Part shown: positions 1 through 7,389 of the stretch, one piece after another | How the letters are laid out: every line of letters starts with the position of its first letter | How positions within the stretch are numbered: position 1 is the first letter of the stretch | From: Acidiferrobacterales bacterium | GTDB lineage: Bacteria; Pseudomonadota; Gammaproteobacteria; Acidiferrobacterales; Sulfurifustaceae | DNA: 33,707 bases | Direction: 5' to 3' | NCBI GenBank assembly: GCA_015492195.1 | Contig: WGFP01000001.1 | Location: 1-33,707, forward strand | Made by a program: the position numbers and the translations under genes | The notes under the pieces: model-generated | What the model was told of the DNA's origin: nothing | What the model saw: the letters and a program-made list of their open reading frames with translations, nothing else | Database searches by the model: none

Positions 1-1603
1 GGGGTGAGGGATGAGATCCAGGCTTGGGGTTATTACGCGCCCGCGCATCCTGCAAATCCCGGATAAACTCCTCGGCGGAGGCAAAGCGTTCCGCGGGATC
101 GAGGGCGCACGCCTGTTGCAGCACTTCGTCCAGCCACAATGGAAGACTGGCTTTGTAATGGGTAGGTGAAATAAATTCGCGGAATTCCTGATCGGTGGAT
201 TTAATTTTTCCGTAGGGGTATTTTCCCGTAAGCATGTGGTACAAGGTCACGCCGGCCGCGTAGATGTCCGTGCGCACGTTCTCCTCGTTTCCTTCCTCGA
301 ATAATTCCGGGGCCACGTAGCTCAAGGCGCTGACGGGCAGCGCGGCGCTTTTGTTTTGTTCGCGCAGGCTCTCGATGCGGCTCGATCCCAGACCGATAAG
401 GAGCAGTTGTTGCCGGTTTTCCTTGTCCAGCATCAGGTTTTTCGGCCGGACGTCGCGGTGGATGACGCCCCGGCGATGCAGGTGGCTCAGCGCGGAGAGG
501 AGTTGTTCAATAAGCGACAGGGCCTGCCGGACGGGCAGGCCCTGCTTGCGTCGTATGCGTTTGGAGAGGTTCTCGCCTTTATGGTAAGCCATCACCGAAT
601 ACAGGGCGGTGCGCCGGCCGGCCCTCATGGGCAGCATCCGTACCAGATACGAGCTGTTGATGCGTTTGCCGACCCACTCCTCGCGTAAAAAACCGTTGGT
701 GAATTCCGGATCATTGCGAAACCGGGGATTCGGAAATTTAAGCGCGACGGTCTTGCCGGATTCCTCGTCAACGGCTTGATAAAGGCGGTAACGGCGGCTT
801 TTGTGTATTAGTTTCTTGATGACAAAGCCGTCCACCCTGTCATTGATTTCAGGCGGATCAATCAAGGGCAGGGCGGCGATGTCCTCCTCCAGATCGGCAT
901 CGGTTTCCGACGGGAGTTTTTCCACGCGCGCGACGCAGGCGCTGACGTTGTCGCGGCTGCCGGTTTCAAGTGCGCGTCGCGTCAGAATTTCCGCCATTTG
1001 TTGGGCGGAAACGTCGGTCTGCAAGGCGCTCCTGATCCAGGAGCTGTCGAGGGCGTCATGCACGCCGTCACTGGTGAGCAGGAAAATATCGCCTTCGACC
1101 AGTTCGCCGGCAGCGAACTCGGCGTCGAAGCTTCGATCCAGCCCGCAGGCCCGGTAGACCTGTGCCGGGCCCCGGGGGCGCGGATGAACATGGTCATGGG
1201 TCAGCAGCTTGAGTTGGTGGTCGCGAAACATCCACACCCGGGTATTGCCGGCGTGCCCGACGACCCACCGCCGGCCGCGCAGAATCAGCGCCGAGAGGGC
1301 GGCGGCGCGCCCGTGCTCCCCGCCGGAAAACACGGCGTGGTTGGCAACATTGAAGCTTTCCTTGAGCGCCTGTTGCAGCCCCCAACCCTCGACGGTGGTG
1401 TAGTAGCTCTCGCTCAGTTCGTGAATGGCGGTGTGCGCCGCCCTTTCCGCGTCCGGCCGCTCGGCCACGCCGTCCGCGACGGCGAACAACGCGCCGTGGG
1501 TATTCCCCTGATCGGCGCTCGGGATGACGGTCAGGCAGGTATCGTATTTGTTGTCACGTTTCCCCGTGTTCGTCGAGAAACCCGCATCGAGATATAACGG
1601 CAT
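1..1603 (-). CDS. PP2C-type Ser/Thr phosphatase fused to a Ser/Thr kinase-like domain (C-terminus runs off the left edge)
   Basis: Absent from the ORF track because it is open to the window edge. Hand translation of the minus strand from ATG at 1603 gives MPLYLDAGFSTNTGKRDNNKYD... PP2C motifs: FAVADGV, LLTSDGVHD, SRDNVSACV. Kinase motifs follow: TVALKF (VAIK Lys), VIHRDVRPKNL (HRD loop), YVAPELF (APE). The frame stays open down to nt 2. Confidence 0.8.
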   Translation of the reverse strand, partial: MPLYLDAGFSTNTGKRDNKYDTCLTVIPSADQGNTHGALFAVADGVAERPDAERAAHTAIHELSESYYTTVEGWGLQQALKESFNVANHAVFSGGEHGRAAALSALILRGRRWVVGHAGNTRVWMFRDHQLKLLTHDHVHPRPRGPAQVYRACGLDRSFDAEFAAGELVEGDIFLLTSDGVHDALDSSWIRSALQTDVSAQQMAEILTRRALETGSRDNVSACVARVEKLPSETDADLEEDIAALPLIDPPEINDRVDGFVIKKLIHKSRRYRLYQAVDEESGKTVALKFPNPRFRNDPEFTNGFLREEWVGKRINSSYLVRMLPMRAGRRTALYSVMAYHKGENLSKRIRRKQGLPVRQALSLIEQLLSALSHLHRRGVIHRDVRPKNLMLDKENRQQLLLIGLGSSRIESLREQNKSAALPVSALSYVAPELFEEGNEENVRTDIYAAGVTLYHMLTGKYPYGKIKSTDQEFREFISPTHYKASLPLWLDEVLQQACALDPAERFASAEEFIRDLQDARARNNPKPGSHPSP

Positions 1604-1705
1604 GGGCGCAACTCATTCTTGGTTTAATTGGTAAACGGCTCGCGCTGCCGTTTAATTATAGTTAGTTTTTCGTCAATGCGGCTGCATCCGGGTTCGCGCA
1701 CGGCA

Positions 1706-2308
1706 TCAAGATAAATTGCCCGTCAGGCGGTGTTCCGCGCGCGCCAGGTCTGCCGGCGTGTTGATATTAAACGTAATGTCGGCATCGTTATCGGGCTCGA
1801 ACACCGCCGGTTCTCCGTGCCGCGCCAGCCATTCCCGGAGGCTGTGGTTACCCGCTTGGAGAAATGCCTCAACCGGGCTTGCCGTCCCCGGCGGGCACAG
1901 GACAGCGAGCGCGTGCCTTGCGCCGTCGCCGGCGTAGCGGCAACGGTCGCCGGACCAACCCGCCCGGAGTTTTTCCACAAGGTTCCCGGGCAGAAACGGC
2001 AGGTCCACTGCCACGGCTAAAAGCCGGTCCTCGGGCCAGGCGACAAGGCCGGCGTGAATGCCCGCCAGGGGACCAAGGTAGCCGCTCAGGCGGTCCGGGA
2101 TGACCGGCAACCCGAATTCATGGAAACGCTCAGGCGGCGCATTGCTGTTAATAACGAGCCGATCCACCTGCGGCGCGAGACGCGCGATGACATGCGCGAG
2201 CAGCGGTTTGCCGCCCAGGGGAATGAATGCCTTGTCCCGGCCGCCGAAACGGGTGGACCGGCCGCCTGCGAGAATCAGTCCCGTGGTGTGGGGATGTGTC
2301 AGTGGCAA
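1706..2308 (-). CDS. mobA: molybdenum cofactor guanylyltransferase
   Basis: 200 aa. N-terminal GLILAGGRSTRFGGRDKAF nucleotide-binding motif typical of MobA. The start is TTG (only start candidate upstream of the motif) and overlaps the stop of the upstream FeS/membrane gene. Sits downstream of a bis-MGD-type enzyme. Confidence 0.85.
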   Translation of the reverse strand: MPLTHPHTTGLILAGGRSTRFGGRDKAFIPLGGKPLLAHVIARLAPQVDRLVINSNAPPERFHEFGLPVIPDRLSGYLGPLAGIHAGLVAWPEDRLLAVAVDLPFLPGNLVEKLRAGWSGDRCRYAGDGARHALAVLCPPGTASPVEAFLQAGNHSLREWLARHGEPAVFEPDNDADITFNINTPADLARAEHRLTGNLS

Positions 2309-4143
2309 TCCGGCACCACGCCGACCTGGGGCAGGTTCGCCAGCCCGGTTTTGCGGGCATGGGTTTCAAAGTAGCGGTTGTTCCAGAAAAAAGCGCCCGG
2401 CATGGTGGTGGGCGTGACGAGCACATAGAACAATGCCCGTCCGACAATTTCATGAACGACGGCGAGCACGAACAAGGCGCCCCAGATTATCAATCCCCAT
2501 ATGCCTTCCGGCGTCCACAAGGCAAACGCCGCCGCGCCGACAAACAGAACGCCCAAACTTAGCCAACGTGCCATATAGGTTTTGCCGTAGGTGGTCAGCA
2601 TTTGTACCTTTGATACCGCGGCTTCAGCGCCGCGCGTTTCCATATAACGCAAATGGGCCAATAGAGAAACCCCCTGGAGCGTAAGACCGGCAAGCAAAGG
2701 CAAGGCAAGCCACCGCAGCACGTCGGCAACGGGCCCGCCGGATGAAAGTTCGGCCGGTCCGAATGCCAGACCCATGCCCAGGCTGCCGAGAATCAGCACA
2801 CTGGCGAAGAAGGCCCCGCCCGTGTGCCAGTGGTCCCAGAACGGACGGGCCCGGATGCGGTAGATACGGGTCATGCAATACATGGCCGCCACCCCCAAAA
2901 GCGCCGCCAGCGCGCCGACAACGGAGGCCGCCGGCTCACCCGGTATCCAATCAGCGAGGGGAGTCAGGGTTTTCATCAGGGTGTAGGCGAAAAGTAAACC
3001 CAAAAAACCGGACAACGCCAGAGCCTCCCGCGAAAGCCACGAATGTCGCAGGTTATTGAAGCCGCGGTAAAAGCGCATCGGCTTGCCCAGGTGCACCGCC
3101 GACAGGAACAGGGCGAGGCCGAGCAGGCCGAGCAGGCCGAACAGCGCCGCCGCATGGGCCACGGGATGCACTGTTGCCGAAAGCGCCGCGCCCGCGGCCA
3201 TGGGAAGCCGGGGCGAAACAAATAATAATAAGAATGCCCCGACCACAAACTGGGAGAGCAGGGTGAACGCCACCAGCGGGTTTTCGCGCGAACTCAGCTT
3301 GTCGAAGCCCCAGCGCTTTTCTTTGGTTTTGTTTTGTGCCTTAACCTTATAGGTGTCACCGCCCTGGTCACCGCGTTGGTAGTGGACAGGCACGCCGTCG
3401 GTGCGCGTCAAGTCGGGGGGGAGCGAGCGCAGCTGTTGAAAGCGGATATTCGGGCGCGAGATCGCGGGGTCGGGGAAGCCGGGAATGCCAAGCTTGGCCT
3501 GTTCGCGCCCGCCGGGCAGGTCCTCGATCACGCCGAATTCAAGCGCGTTGCCGAGACACGCCGCGACGCAGGCGGGCTTCAATCCCTGTTCCAGGCGGTC
3601 CACGCACATGTTGCATTTTTCCACCTGGCCGTTGACCGGGTCGAGCTGCGGCGCGTTGTAGGGGCAGACCCAGGTGCAGTAGCCGCAGCCGAAGCAGATG
3701 TCCGGGTCCTGCAGTACCGCGCCGTATTCCGCGTACTTGGTGTAGGCGCGCGTGGGGCAGGCCTTGAGGCATACCGGATCCTCGCAGTGGTTGCAGGCCA
3801 TGGAGACATTCAGACGCCGCACGTCCGGATAGGAACCGCCTTCGATATAGCCGACCTTGCGAAACGCCAGGTGCGGCGGCAGGTTGTTTTTCTCCGAGCA
3901 TGCCGATTCGCAGGCATGGCAGGCGATGCAGTTGTCGGCGTTAAAATGAAAGCCGTGTTGCTTGCTGCGGTTGGGATTCGCGGAGTCCGATATCGCGCCG
4001 TTCAGCACCAGAGGTTTCGTCAGCTGATCCGGATAGCAGCGCGCAAGATCAATCTCGGTGCCGTGCTGGCTCGTTTTCACCACCCGACGCGGCGGGTCCA
4101 GACGGGCGTAGGCCGGTGTTTTGTTGAATTTTCCGTCAAACAT
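2299..4143 (-). CDS. fused 4Fe-4S ferredoxin (DmsB-like) and DmsC/NrfD-style integral membrane anchor subunit
   Basis: Four Cys clusters: CIACHACESAC, CNHCEDPVCLKACP, CFGCGYCTWVCP, CNMCVDRLEQGLKPACVAAC. These are followed by about eight hydrophobic helices. Start set at ATG 4143 (MFDGKFNK), residue 116 of the 729-aa track ORF, because the upstream 115 codons cover the hairpin spacer and are low-complexity. No N-terminal signal peptide seen. Confidence 0.8.
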   Translation of the reverse strand: MFDGKFNKTPAYARLDPPRRVVKTSQHGTEIDLARCYPDQLTKPLVLNGAISDSANPNRSKQHGFHFNADNCIACHACESACSEKNNLPPHLAFRKVGYIEGGSYPDVRRLNVSMACNHCEDPVCLKACPTRAYTKYAEYGAVLQDPDICFGCGYCTWVCPYNAPQLDPVNGQVEKCNMCVDRLEQGLKPACVAACLGNALEFGVIEDLPGGREQAKLGIPGFPDPAISRPNIRFQQLRSLPPDLTRTDGVPVHYQRGDQGGDTYKVKAQNKTKEKRWGFDKLSSRENPLVAFTLLSQFVVGAFLLLFVSPRLPMAAGAALSATVHPVAHAAALFGLLGLLGLALFLSAVHLGKPMRFYRGFNNLRHSWLSREALALSGFLGLLFAYTLMKTLTPLADWIPGEPAASVVGALAALLGVAAMYCMTRIYRIRARPFWDHWHTGGAFFASVLILGSLGMGLAFGPAELSSGGPVADVLRWLALPLLAGLTLQGVSLLAHLRYMETRGAEAAVSKVQMLTTYGKTYMARWLSLGVLFVGAAAFALWTPEGIWGLIIWGALFVLAVVHEIVGRALFYVLVTPTTMPGAFFWNNRYFETHARKTGLANLPQVGVVPDCH

Positions 4144-4216
4144 CACTTGAATAGATATGGTCCTGTTGAATAAATGGTTAGTGGATTGTGTTTCCTTGTG
4201 TTTGACATCCCCATAT

Positions 4217-4436
4217 GGCGCGCCCGAGCAGCGTAAAGCGTTGGGTGTGCGCCCCGAAGGGGGTGCTTGCAGGAAGCAAGCACCCGGCCCACGAGACAGG
4301 GAGGTCTCGTAGGGCCGGCGTCGGGTCCCAACGCTGCGCAGCGCAGGATAAGCGCGCCATTCGGGGCGCCCTTTCTTTCGCCGATTTCTTTGGGCGAGCA
4401 AAGAAATCGGCCCGTCGTGCGGGGGCGGAACCCCGC
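4217..4436. repeat. cluster of GC-rich hairpins / nested palindromes in the intercistronic spacer (REP/MITE-like element or structured RNA)
   Basis: Perfect stems read directly: 4261-4270/4276-4285 (10 bp); 4291-4297/4304-4310 (7 bp) extended by 4286-4290/4312-4316; 4380-4391/4400-4411 (12 bp); 4419-4424/4431-4436 (6 bp); 4354-4358/4365-4369 (5 bp). Palindrome GCTGCGCAGC at 4333-4342. Long-range pairs 4237-4245/4327-4335 (9 bp) and 4218-4224/4352-4358 enclose the inner hairpins. Confidence 0.55.
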
Positions 4437-4535
4437 TCATACAACTGTTTGCCAAGGCAAGACTTGGGGCGAAGCGTGGTAGACACAAGCTGCTCGTTTC
4501 TCAAGGGAACCCGATCCTTTCCGTTGTGATTTCGT

Positions 4536-6716
4536 TTAATAACTCCGTACAACTTTGTTGCGTACGGCAGCAGTCTCCTGGTCCGTGACCTTTTCAATCC
4601 GCACCGCCGACTGCTTGAACGCGGGTTGGCGCGAATAGGGGTCGAGTAGACCCAGGACCAGGCGGTTGACGCATTCATGAAAATGCATGGGAATAAACAC
4701 GGCGTCCGGCGCCACGCGCTCGGTCAGTTGCACCATGATCACGGTGTCCGAACGGCGCGACACCACGCGCACGTATTCCATATGCTGGATACCCAGTTTA
4801 CTTGCTGCGGCCGGGTTCATTTCCATGTACGGCGTCGGGCTGAACTTGTTCAGGTTGCCGATCTTGCCGGTCTTGGTGCGCGTGTGCCAGTGTTCCACCA
4901 CGCGTCCGGTGTTGAGCCAGAATGGATATTGCTCATCCGGGCGCTCGTTGTTGTCCACGAATGGCAGGGGAATAAGTCTGGCCTTGCCGTCGGCATGCTG
5001 AAACACGCCGTCGGTATAAAGCCGTGGTGCGCCTTCGGGGTTCGTTTCATTGCACGGCCACTGGATGCCGCGTCTTTGCTCGATTTTATCGTGCGTCATG
5101 CCGGAGTAATCGCATAGCCGGCCTTTTGAAAGTTCGCGCATTTCCTCAAACACCGCCGCCGCCGTTTCCGGGAAACGCATTTTTTGCCCCGTCTCAAAAC
5201 GCTTGGCCAGTTCGTTGAAGATCCAGAGGTCCGGTTTGGCTCGTCCCGGCGGGTCCATGACCTTGCGCACCAGGTTCACGCGCCGCTCGGTGTTGGTGAA
5301 CACGCCTTCCTTCTCGCCCCACAGGGCGGCCGGCAAAAATGCGTGGGCGTACTGCGTGGTCTCGACGTCGGCATAGGCGTCCTGCACCGCCAGGAATTCG
5401 AGTTTCTCCAGGGTTTTGCGGATGCGCGGGGTGTTCGGCATGGAACTCATGGGGTTGGTGGCAATCAGCCACAGGCCCTTGATCTTGCCGGCCTCGATCG
5501 CCGGAAAGATGTCGGTCTGGAACAGGCCGCGCTTGGTGGGAAAGAAGTCCTTGTCCACGCCCCAGTACTCGGCCATGAATTCGCGGTCCGTTTCATTTTC
5601 CAGGTAACGGTAGGCCGGCAGTCCCGAGCACGAGGAAAACTCGCGCGTGCCCATGGCGTTGCACTGGCCGGTGATGGACAGCGAGGTGCCGCCGGGTTTG
5701 CCGATGTTGCCGGTAATAAGGTTAAGGTTGTTGATGGCGACCACGCCGTCGCTGCCGTGCGTGGACTGGTTGATGCCCATGGTCCAGATGGTCATGGCGG
5801 CGGGTGACTTGGCGTAGAGCCGCGCCACGTTACGGATCGTGTCCGCGTCAATGCCGCAGATGCGCGAGGCCGTCACCGGATCGTATTGCTCGACCAGCTT
5901 ACTGAATTCCGCGCTGCCGGTCGTGTGCGCGCCGATATAAGCACGGTCTTCCAGGCCTTCATCCAGAATGACGTGCGCCAGGCTGTTTAACAGCACGAGG
6001 TCGGTGCCGGGAGTAATCGGCAGGTGCATGTCCGCCATTTGCGCAAACACCGTCACGCGTGGGTCGACGACGATGACGGGAAACTTGCGCGCGTCGCGCG
6101 CCTCCTTCAGGCGCCAGTAAATGATCGGATGCTGTTCCGGCAGGTTGGAGCCGATGGCGAGCAGGCAGTCGGTATGATTGAAATCATCGTAACAACCCGG
6201 CGGCCCGTCGCTGCCGAAGGAGCGCTTGTAGCCTGAGACCGCCGAGGCCATGCACAGGGTGGTGTTGCCGTCGTAGTTGTTGGTGCCGATGACGCCGCGG
6301 GCGAGCTTGCCCAGGGTATAGAATTCTTCCGTCAGGATCTGGCCGGTGGAGACGATGGCGAAGGCGTCGCGCCCGTATGTCGTCTGAATGCGTTTGATCT
6401 CGCTTGCCGTTTTATCCAGGGCGGCGTCCCAGGTGGTTTCCTGAAACGGCTCGAAGAAGCGCTCGCGCACAAGCGGCGCCCGCCCGCGGTTGGCGGCGTT
6501 GAAAACCTCGAATTCAAAAATGCCCTTGAGGCACAGCTTGCCGCGGTTCACCGGGGCGTCGGTCAGCCCGCGCGCGGTGACGGCCCGGCCGTTTTGATCC
6601 AGCCCGACCTCGATCGTGCAGCCGGTGGAACAGTAGCCGCAGGTGGTGTAGGCCCATTTGGCCACGGGTTTGGCGGGGATCTTGATCGGGTTTTTGGTGC
6701 GCCGTCCGAACAGCAT
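4536..6716 (-). CDS. molybdopterin (bis-MGD) oxidoreductase catalytic subunit, Nas/Nap-like, no Tat signal evident
   Basis: N-terminal FeS motif CGYCSTGCTIEV...GKLCLKG. Segment NTTLCMASAVSGYKRSFG resembles the Mo-ligand Cys region of Nap/Nas-type nitrate reductases. Start placed at ATG 6716 (MLFGRRTKNPIK), because the TTG at 6788 used by the track lies upstream of a sigma-54 promoter match at 6750-6765. Confidence 0.85.
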   Translation of the reverse strand: MLFGRRTKNPIKIPAKPVAKWAYTTCGYCSTGCTIEVGLDQNGRAVTARGLTDAPVNRGKLCLKGIFEFEVFNAANRGRAPLVRERFFEPFQETTWDAALDKTASEIKRIQTTYGRDAFAIVSTGQILTEEFYTLGKLARGVIGTNNYDGNTTLCMASAVSGYKRSFGSDGPPGCYDDFNHTDCLLAIGSNLPEQHPIIYWRLKEARDARKFPVIVVDPRVTVFAQMADMHLPITPGTDLVLLNSLAHVILDEGLEDRAYIGAHTTGSAEFSKLVEQYDPVTASRICGIDADTIRNVARLYAKSPAAMTIWTMGINQSTHGSDGVVAINNLNLITGNIGKPGGTSLSITGQCNAMGTREFSSCSGLPAYRYLENETDREFMAEYWGVDKDFFPTKRGLFQTDIFPAIEAGKIKGLWLIATNPMSSMPNTPRIRKTLEKLEFLAVQDAYADVETTQYAHAFLPAALWGEKEGVFTNTERRVNLVRKVMDPPGRAKPDLWIFNELAKRFETGQKMRFPETAAAVFEEMRELSKGRLCDYSGMTHDKIEQRRGIQWPCNETNPEGAPRLYTDGVFQHADGKARLIPLPFVDNNERPDEQYPFWLNTGRVVEHWHTRTKTGKIGNLNKFSPTPYMEMNPAAASKLGIQHMEYVRVVSRRSDTVIMVQLTERVAPDAVFIPMHFHECVNRLVLGLLDPYSRQPAFKQSAVRIEKVTDQETAAVRNKVVRSY

Positions 6717-6749
6717 GGTTTTCCATTCCGGTTGACTTGCGACGGGAAT

Positions 6750-6765
6750 AGCAATGCTTGTGCCA
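6750..6765 (-). promoter_or_regulatory. sigma-54 (RpoN) -24/-12 promoter element
   Basis: The minus strand reads TGGCAC-AAGCA-TTGCT. This matches the TGGCAC-N5-TTGC(A/T) consensus with correct GG-to-GC spacing. It lies about 35-50 nt upstream of ATG 6716. Confidence 0.65.
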
Positions 6766-6848
6766 AAGCGAAAGCTATTTTGACTCAAGAGCTTAGGTAC
6801 AGCAGGTCCGGGGAGCCAGCACCAAAAGACGGGCTGGTTTTTGTGTGC

Positions 6849-6865
6849 TGCACCGCCATGGTGCG
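6849..6865. promoter_or_regulatory. NtrC-type enhancer (UAS) palindrome
   Basis: TGCACCGCCATGGTGCG matches the TGCACC-N5-GGTGCA dyad of NtrC sites at all but the last base. It is centred about 90 nt upstream of the -24 element. An extra GCACCA half-site lies near 6819-6824. Confidence 0.5.
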
Positions 6866-6989
6866 GTTACGGCACAGAGGGTTGTAGGGTATTCTTCGGG
6901 CTCATTGGGTCGGTTCGGCGCAAAAGAACAGCCAAGCCTTGCGATAAAAACATAACGGATAACAGAAAAAGCCTTCCAAGGAGCAGAGA

Positions 6990-7373
6990 ATGAATATAGA
7001 AAAAGTGGTGTTCAGCTTTTTTATCGTCCTGGCGCTGACGCTTAATTTCGGATTTTTCCTCGGCGATTTTGACAACCCCCACCACCATAATGTGTACGAG
7101 CTCTTTGCCGCCCTTGTGGTGAGCCTGATCGCCACCGTGCTCAAGTTCGGTGATCGCACGCACGTGGGCGCGGTGTTGCTGGCCACGAGCCTGGTGGCCG
7201 ATCTGCAATTGATCGCCGCGGCATTGGTCTGGGGATTGGCGGAGCATGTGTTCCAGGTCGGGCTCACCCCCCCCATCATGGTCAGTATCGTTTCCCTTTC
7301 CGGCGGCGCCCTGTTGGCCAACATTGTTTCCGTCATCCTGCTTTTAATAGAAACCACCACGCTTCGCCGCTGA
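6990..7373 (+). CDS. small integral membrane protein, unknown function
   Basis: 127 aa with about four hydrophobic segments and a His-rich loop DFDNPHHHNVYE. Strong AAGGAG Shine-Dalgarno 6 nt upstream of the ATG. The next gene follows after 16 nt. Confidence 0.7.
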   Translation: MNIEKVVFSFFIVLALTLNFGFFLGDFDNPHHHNVYELFAALVVSLIATVLKFGDRTHVGAVLLATSLVADLQLIAAALVWGLAEHVFQVGLTPPIMVSIVSLSGGALLANIVSVILLLIETTTLRR

Positions 7374-7389
7374 CTCCCGACGGGCCGCG

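Noticed and set aside
1604-1705. TATAAT box and 7-bp hairpin (1633-1639/1647-1653) between mobA and the phosphatase-kinase gene
   Set aside because: A perfect TATAAT is present on the minus strand, but TTGACG lies only 10 nt upstream, which is the wrong spacing. The hairpin has no proper T-run. The evidence is too weak to call a promoter or terminator.
4144-4488. N-terminal 115 codons of the 729-aa track ORF (2299-4488)
   Set aside because: This part translates to low-complexity R/P/G/A-rich sequence lying exactly over the palindromic hairpins. The ferredoxin-like sequence only begins after Met116 (ATG 4143). I treat it as read-through of a structured spacer, not coding.
6717-6788. TTG-started N-terminal extension of the molybdoenzyme ORF
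   Set aside because: The sigma-54 -24/-12 match (6750-6765) lies inside it, so the predicted transcript would start downstream of the TTG. ATG 6716 gives a sensible N-terminus just before the FeS Cys motif.
6766-6989. Possible Moco riboswitch upstream of the molybdoenzyme
   Set aside because: I looked for the conserved Moco-motif elements on the minus strand and saw only generic small hairpins (for example 6850-6854/6860-6864). Nothing was recognisable by eye. A cmsearch with the Rfam Moco model would settle it.
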